Shown: positions 37,001 through 41,986 of the stretch, piece by piece | Layout: each line of letters starts with the position of its first letter | Numbering within the stretch: the first letter of the stretch is position 1 | Assembly: GCA_965644315.1 (NCBI GenBank) | Contig: CBFFRQ010000184.1 | Coordinates: 1-41,986, forward strand | DNA: 41,986 bases | Direction: 5' to 3' | From: Caecitellus pseudoparvulus | Taxonomy: Eukaryota; Protista; Bigyra: Bicosoecida | The notes under the pieces: model-generated | Databases searched by the model: none | Told to the model about the DNA's origin: nothing | Seen by the model: only the letters and a program-made list of their open reading frames with translations | Position numbers and translations under genes: made by a program

Positions 37001-40000
37001 TGTAGCCACCCCAAGGGAAGCCACACTGCCACACCATGAGCAGGATGTCCAGCACCGGCACCAGCAATATGCCGCAGAACACGTAGAAGAAGAAGACACC
37101 CCATTCGTAACCAGCCATGCTGGCGCGCACGGCATCGTCTTGCTCTGGCTGCAGGCCTTCGTTTGGTGTAGGGCGCAAGTACCCCTTGAGCTTCAAAGGC
37201 TTCTTGGGGTCACGCACTTCATCCTCAGAGTCTGAAAGTCCGCCTGTGTGGTCCACTGGCTGGGCCCGAAGCTGGCCGTCTTGCTTAGCAGGAGAGCCAC
37301 CAGGGGGGCCGCCTGAGCTGCTGTGCGAGCTGCCAGTTTCCCCATCGCTTTCAGAGTCAGAGGATGGGGCGTGGGCCATAACCCGCTTTCGCGCCTCCCG
37401 GCCTCGCAGCCGCTGTACCTTGTCTCCCCTCACACGGGCGTACCACAACCGCAAAATGAGCAGCAGGACGATGATCACACCAAACAGCCCGAAGAAAGTC
37501 CAGAAAACTCCAACGTTGCGGACCGCTGTCAAGACAACAAGGCGCAGGATTGCTTTCAGGGGAACGTAGGGGTGCCACGGGACAGCCGCAATGAACAATG
37601 GGCCAGCAAGCATCGCTGCTTCAGCATTCAGGGCAAAGAGGAAGAGGTGGTTTCTCCAATTGTGCCACAGCTGGGGAGTTCCTGCCAGCCATCCTGTTGG
37701 CTTCCACACTGTCCCATAGTCTGCTCGCTTCATGTAGAGGGCCAGCACAATCATCACAAGCAACAACCACACTGTCAGAACTGCCGTTGCAATCCACTGC
37801 TCTGGGGAAGTGTCCAAGGGAAGCTTGACTGAGACAGCAAACTGGGTATTTGAGGCCTCGCACAAAGCCAAGGCGGCGGCGTTGGTGCATGCCTGCTCAT
37901 TACAGCGGCGAGTTTCCTCGAGCGCTGGGCAGGCGGCGCCCCCGTAGGTCGCGGGCACCGTGACATTTCGGAATCGAGTCTGAGTTCCATTGCCGCATGT
38001 TCGCGTGCAAGTGCTCCAGTTGCCCCAGGCAGACACTTGGCACTCACCAGCACACGTACCAGTCAAAGCTGGAGGAAGGGCTGAGTACTGGGAGCCGTTG
38101 ACTCGGTCGCACAACTCGGGGGCATCCTCGCACAGAAGTCCACGACAGAATGGATCTGTCGCGTTTGCGCCGTTCGGGCTGACATTGCATGAGCACTGCC
38201 CGCCGGAATCCGAAAGACACTGGCCTTGGCCATGACACTGGTCAGCAGGTGCGGCTGTGCTATCACAAGAGCAGCAGCTATCGCCTAGCCACCCAGGGGA
38301 ACACTCACAACGAGCCTCTCCCCCTGTGAGAGACAGTGGGACGCAGCGGCCGTTCCCAGCACACGAAATCTGCGCGTCGCAAACCACACTCAGTCCGGCC
38401 ACTGCAGCTGACACAGATGTCCTGCGGTGCTCCACAGACCCAGCGCTTGCTGCAGAAGAATGGTACTGTGCAAGCGCGGCGTGAGGCAGCAGCAAACCTG
38501 GAGCGAGGGCAGGAAGCGCTGCCGGGGTAAGGACGAGACGAGCTTCCTGGCCAGGGTACAGCTCGGGAATCGTGACTGCCATGACATCAAACTGAACTTC
38601 ATCGACAGCCTGCAGCCTTCGTCCGCGGGAAGCAAGCTCTGCGCCATAAGCTCCCAGCCGGCGCCCTTGGCTTCGGAGTGTCAAGTTAAAATCGACACCA
38701 GGATCCCCGACAACAGGAGCTCGCTTCGGCAGCTCCGTGACGTTGAAAACGGACGTCAAGTTAGACCGAGGAACGGCAACTTGGGTGTACAAGTGAGCCT
38801 CAGTGGACCCAATGGGGCCGAACACAGGCGTTGAAGTGTTCCACACAGTGCTGTTGTACGTGACATTCTGCACGGTGGTGATGGACTCTGCAGGGTCGCC
38901 GAGGCGCAAGAAGCCCGTTGGAACTGCAAACACGATCAGGACATCCAAAGCTCTGGCTTTCGTGGTGTCATTCCGAGCTGTCAACACGATCGTTGCATCG
39001 TATGGTTGCTCTGTGTTCACGGAGTCAGGGTGCACGACAATGTCAATGTCAAGTGCAATGGTATCCACCAAGCTGATTCCGCCAACGCCTGAAATGCCGT
39101 CAGGTCCAGGGAGAGACCCCAATGAAATCCCCTGGATGAGCCCCTGAGAAGTGGTCACATTGGCGGAGAGCCCACCACTGCAGCATGTGGCAGAGGGTTC
39201 ACCCACTACAACAGCGCCAAACCGGACCACAGCAGTCGCAGGCTGGGGCCCTGAACCTGTGTTCTTCAGCGGGCAAAGGTGCAACTGAACAGACTGCCCA
39301 TCACTTGAAACAAGTGCTGGCCCAGGAGACACGCCTGGCGGGCACTCTTGCACCACTCCAGGAGACAAGATAATGTCAAACTCCGAGCCGATGTCCAGGA
39401 ATGGCTCCGAACCCGTGACCTCCAAGTCAACCACTAGGCCCTTTGATGTACCCACGGGAAGCGTCAGGACAGCTTCCAGATCAACCGAGTCACCCTGGCT
39501 CACTGAGTCTGGGGATGGGTCAGCATCAGCAGGCCGCATTCGCACACCCACATCAGGGGTCGTGGTCGGGATCGTTGCCTGTGGAACGATCTCATGAGGC
39601 GCCACACTGTACTGCCTGCCGCTACCGTTCGGACCTGAGTTGTAAGTCATGGACATGTTCGTAGTGATTGGCGCACCCACTTCAATGTTGGGGGTCAGCT
39701 TTAGGCCCCATCGAACTGACACCTCTTCCCCTGCTGCAAGAACAGGCTGAGAATAGATCAAGCCTGAGCTTGGGTCAACGCCAGACGACCCAGACACCAG
39801 TGAACCATTCCTAAATACGACCACACCGTCAACTTCCACAAAGTCCAGTGTGTACAAATCATCCTCCAACAAGCCCAAGTCATACAGGCTGACGTCGTAT
39901 CCAGAGCTGTTGAAAGGCTTGGACTGCTGCTTGAGAGTTGTGTTGAACTCCAGCACCTCCAGCCCTGCTGCAGGCGGCTGGGCTGCCGGTCCAATGACAG

Positions 40001-41986
40001 CTGGCTCAACGCTTGGCTCCACAATCCGGATTGGGACAGAGGAGCTTGGCATCGTCACAATCTGAGCAACACTGCGGTTCGCACCTGCCATGAAGGAGAA
40101 AGAAAAGTCAGTCCTGACAGTCAAGCCTGCTTGTGCGCTTGGTGTGTCCTGCACAACACCAAGGATGCTGCCGAACCAGTACTCATCAGACACGTCGTCC
40201 TGAGCAGTGTTGCGAACATCTCCGAACGTCAGGTTCAAGACCCGTCCATCCACTGAAACAGCCTCTGACCCGACCAAGGTCGCGAGCGAAGCGGTGGTCG
40301 GAGCAGACCAAACTCGAACTGATTCGTTCGCAGAACTCTGCAGGCGGGTGACATTCAATAGCTTAACGATTCCCGCCGAGTCCAAAGCAGCAGCAAGTGC
40401 GACTGAGGGCAAGGTACCCTGAGGGACGGAAATGTTGAACCACACCTCGACTTGCTGACCAATAGCCAAACGGATGTCGCTTCCGATCGGCTGGATGGCC
40501 GGAGCAATCTCCGAAAAGATGTACTCTGGTGAAACAGAAATGCTTGGAAGAGCTGGAGAAGTCAGAATGGGCGGTTCGCCGTCAGCGGGCACCTCATACG
40601 CCCGTGGGGTCGTCACGAATGACGGGGCTGTCGAAGATGACAACACCCAAACGTCAGGCAGGGACTCTTGACCAGGGATTACATCAGCCCCTAGCTGAAG
40701 AAGCAGCGTCACATTCAAGGAGGAAGAAGTGTTCAGCCTGGTTGAAATGTTAGCGATGACACCTGACGGGCCAGGAGCGGCAGAGAACGGAACCGGCATC
40801 CCGTCCACAAGCACGCCGCTCACGGAATACAGCTCGTTGCCGGCAGCAAAGTTGCCGTTCACATCCACAAGGACGAGCGCGTGTGCAGAGGATGAAGAGA
40901 CGTTTGCATGGCTCACGATGCCACTCAGCGCAACAACATCCCCTGCATCCCCTGCAAACGTGAGGGGCGTCAGCTCGCTCAGAGACACCGCAGGCTCGAC
41001 AACATTCAGCGCAGCAGCAGTTGCCCCGAGAACAAGAGGGTCATTCACAGCGTCTGTTGTCAAAGAGGTAGAACTCAGGACGGAAGCACCGGCTTGCAGA
41101 TTAAGGTCGCTAGCTTGCGATTCGGCGCGGAGTGTAACACGTAACGACATGTTCCCAGCGGAAGCCCCCAACTCGGCATTCGTCAAAGCCCCGATGCCGA
41201 CAGGCACCAGTAAGCTGCCAGACAATGGATCGAAGACTGATGCTCCAAGCTCCAGTGCAGGCAAGACAGAGGCTGACCCATTCAGCTGGAAGTGAGCCGA
41301 GGAAGCACCTGCGATGCTCCCTTCTGAAGAGCTGGCCACCGCCTCCACGATCTGCAGTGATGCAAGTTGCTGACTGGCGGCAGGAGCTAACGCCTCGGAC
41401 AAAACAGTCAAGTTCAACGTAACAGAAGCATTGTACACAGATCCAGGAGGCAACAGAAGTTCAAACGTGAAAAACCCAAAGTCACCGACGGCCAAATCAT
41501 GCATAGCCTCTGAGCTGCTCCCTCCCGCGCTAACCAGGGATGTTGTCGGAAGCACCGTAGAGACAGTCACATTCTCAGAGGCATCACTCGAGTAATACCG
41601 TGCAGGGAACGAAGACGCACTTGAAGCCCAGTGACCAGACATCAGGGATTGTACGACAGTACCAAGCTCAACTTGGGCTTCCAGAGCAAACCAGTACTGA
41701 AGCAAGAGAACACCGCCAACTTGAAGTGAAGGATACTGCGCGATGCTTCCGTTGCCATGCAATAGCGACCCGTTAGCGACAACGTCAAAAACTTCTGTAC
41801 CATTCCACGCCAGACGTACTGGGCGAAGTGCGCCAGGTCCCCCTTGTTGAGAATCAAGCACTTGGATCTGCCAAGCAGGACTGGTTGACAGTGCAGTGTG
41901 CCGGATTACAACCTCAGTCATTAGCAGCTGTGCCGCATGCACTGGACCAAAGTCGGTCTCCCCAACAACAAAAAACTCCAAGTCTG
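34092..41986 (-). CDS. Giant cell-surface multi-pass membrane protein (5' end outside window): beta-rich repeats, EGF-like domains, thrombospondin type-1 domain, ~9-11 TM helices, acidic repeated cytoplasmic tail
   Basis: More than 2600 open codons. EGF-like CAGNGRC...CECSPGWLGDSC. TSP1 CQVSAWGNWSTCTRTCGNGTQTRFR...CPALEETRRCNEQAC. Many NxS/T sequons, RRL motifs and hydrophobic segments. Confidence 0.85.
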   Translation of the reverse strand, partial: DLEFFVVGETDFGPVHAAQLLMTEVVIRHTALSTSPAWQIQVLDSQQGGPGALRPVRLAWNGTEVFDVVANGSLLHGNGSIAQYPSLQVGGVLLLQYWFALEAQVELGTVVQSLMSGHWASSASSFPARYYSSDASENVTVSTVLPTTSLVSAGGSSSEAMHDLAVGDFGFFTFELLLPPGSVYNASVTLNLTVLSEALAPAASQQLASLQIVEAVASSSEGSIAGASSAHFQLNGSASVLPALELGASVFDPLSGSLLVPVGIGALTNAELGASAGNMSLRVTLRAESQASDLNLQAGASVLSSTSLTTDAVNDPLVLGATAAALNVVEPAVSLSELTPLTFAGDAGDVVALSGIVSHANVSSSSAHALVLVDVNGNFAAGNELYSVSGVLVDGMPVPFSAAPGPSGVIANISTRLNTSSSLNVTLLLQLGADVIPGQESLPDVWVLSSSTAPSFVTTPRAYEVPADGEPPILTSPALPSISVSPEYIFSEIAPAIQPIGSDIRLAIGQQVEVWFNISVPQGTLPSVALAAALDSAGIVKLLNVTRLQSSANESVRVWSAPTTASLATLVGSEAVSVDGRVLNLTFGDVRNTAQDDVSDEYWFGSILGVVQDTPSAQAGLTVRTDFSFSFMAGANRSVAQIVTMPSSSVPIRIVEPSVEPAVIGPAAQPPAAGLEVLEFNTTLKQQSKPFNSSGYDVSLYDLGLLEDDLYTLDFVEVDGVVVFRNGSLVSGSSGVDPSSGLIYSQPVLAAGEEVSVRWGLKLTPNIEVGAPITTNMSMTYNSGPNGSGRQYSVAPHEIVPQATIPTTTPDVGVRMRPADADPSPDSVSQGDSVDLEAVLTLPVGTSKGLVVDLEVTGSEPFLDIGSEFDIILSPGVVQECPPGVSPGPALVSSDGQSVQLHLCPLKNTGSGPQPATAVVRFGAVVVGEPSATCCSGGLSANVTTSQGLIQGISLGSLPGPDGISGVGGISLVDTIALDIDIVVHPDSVNTEQPYDATIVLTARNDTTKARALDVLIVFAVPTGFLRLGDPAESITTVQNVTYNSTVWNTSTPVFGPIGSTEAHLYTQVAVPRSNLTSVFNVTELPKRAPVVGDPGVDFNLTLRSQGRRLGAYGAELASRGRRLQAVDEVQFDVMAVTIPELYPGQEARLVLTPAALPALAPGLLLPHAALAQYHSSAASAGSVEHRRTSVSAAVAGLSVVCDAQISCAGNGRCVPLSLTGGEARCECSPGWLGDSCCSCDSTAAPADQCHGQGQCLSDSGGQCSCNVSPNGANATDPFCRGLLCEDAPELCDRVNGSQYSALPPALTGTCAGECQVSAWGNWSTCTRTCGNGTQTRFRNVTVPATYGGAACPALEETRRCNEQACTNAAALALCEASNTQFAVSVKLPLDTSPEQWIATAVLTVWLLLVMIVLALYMKRADYGTVWKPTGWLAGTPQLWHNWRNHLFLFALNAEAAMLAGPLFIAAVPWHPYVPLKAILRLVVLTAVRNVGVFWTFFGLFGVIIVLLLILRLWYARVRGDKVQRLRGREARKRVMAHAPSSDSESDGETGSSHSSSGGPPGGSPAKQDGQLRAQPVDHTGGLSDSEDEVRDPKKPLKLKGYLRPTPNEGLQPEQDDAVRASMAGYEWGVFFFYVFCGILLVPVLDILLMVWQCGFPWGGYRFGADALQCFPVACWHWRHIATMVVSGILLAIVLPLAAASLSIQFRWDEVNLDIAPLSVLDIDGRQLPRVPRRAWLREAAKRWMDKLEVQMAPSFALVLVAAKITVAYCGIILARSVPIAAFVVAGLTLSGVLVWVVRNPPLTLHRLRRLPQFMFFLSALTVWLLFLVYLIDGSEYDDDQAPEAVVDNFDQLAAGKPMTITALVLLLVAIAVCTAIWLVEEAKEHPGLNLFRHFKDFDPTPKGAKVAPEPMSDSEDSDGEESSSRVAPIPGDDMLAVHDVLGTLSSEEEEEPVRTVRVPDQREPALVGWRVLQDDQQVEVARLEVVDPASVEAAGRYGEWQSEHFVVVQDAAGMHHRVPSHQPLHAASGAWRFADDTLYVQGAGEDGEDVALAWTPGTAVPASGAWKLSTEYVVGGDRGQEVSRVETSEPMVGAAPSGRWAFLAVDEDTSDSESSGPGRGAVIDAFAFAAESSSSEDEAVAAYTPRMSQGGVWRSTPNKVALAPLGKPKAAAGPADLAMAKPPKPDTALVGWRLLEDDEGHQAAKLPVYTGADTRWTRGRWNVEHFVVVQDAAGMHHRVPSHQPLHAASGAWRFADDTLYVQGAGEDGEDVALAWTPGTAVPASGAWKLSTEYVVSGDRGQEVSRVETSEPMVGAAFSGKWRHVALGAEPEPAPASGGWAVSTARNPRWAVVDADESSDASEDSESDAVTQAMIKAMADELTLTTVSSRWNLQSAVSQETDASEALSETDAVRVLLAGSGDVVHRQVVPESDPLGSVPRGRWRLAYFVVVQDAAGMHHRVPSHQPLHAVSGAWRFADDTLYVQGAGEDGEDVALAWTPGTAVPASGAWKLSTEYVVGGDRGQEVSRVETSEPIVDPTLRRGTWILRTAVAADAAAGAASGLMQGTVWRKTEATGDRAVIHAFGFHESTGDSDSDSSTADVEGGFDLVGALVEDAHTEVHRDGEGDDDWE
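34384..35969 (-). repeat. Three near-identical ~260-nt intragenic repeats (34384-34643, 35047-35306, 35710-35969) at an exact 663-nt period
   Basis: Each encodes FVVVQDAAGMHHRVPSHQPLHA...SRVETSEP, with only a handful of nucleotide differences. Confidence 0.93.

Noticed and set aside
17737-41422. Numerous plus-strand ORFs of 60-480 aa over the host genes
   Set aside because: Antisense shadows of long GC-rich coding sequences; no motifs.
1-41986. CRISPR arrays, tRNA/rRNA genes, prokaryotic operons
   Set aside because: None seen. The repeats are telomeric, retroelement copies or intragenic, and the context is eukaryotic.

Overview
This is the left end of a eukaryotic chromosome: GC-rich, intron-poor, probably a protist (species not determinable here). 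The window opens with a terminal (TAACCC)178 telomere (1-1068). A ~16 kb head-to-tail array of non-LTR retroelements follows (1067-16972), all on + with 5' ends distal, each ending directly in telomeric repeat with no poly(A). Two related families make up the array. Family A (~2.93 kb; two full copies plus one 3' fragment) is non-autonomous. Its single ~700-aa ORF is homologous only to the N-terminal, putative Josephin/papain-like protease part of family B and stops exactly where B's endonuclease begins. Family B is the autonomous type: one ORF of protease-like + AP-endonuclease + RT + CCHC knuckle, present as a nearly complete copy and a diverged 5'-truncated copy. A and B share a ~210-nt 3'-terminal element with clear base-pair covariation, i.e. 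a conserved RNA structure. The arrangement resembles a HeT-A/TAHRE-style two-component telomeric retrotransposon system, here interleaved with telomerase-type repeats. Proximal to a short internal telomere tract (16972-17007) lie host genes, all on the minus strand: a ~4600-aa RNF213/mysterin-like multi-AAA+ ATPase, a 38-aa-period ankyrin-like protein, and the 3' part of a giant EGF/TSP1 multi-pass membrane protein with three near-identical 260-nt repeats. All domain calls are from motif reading by eye; no searches were run.
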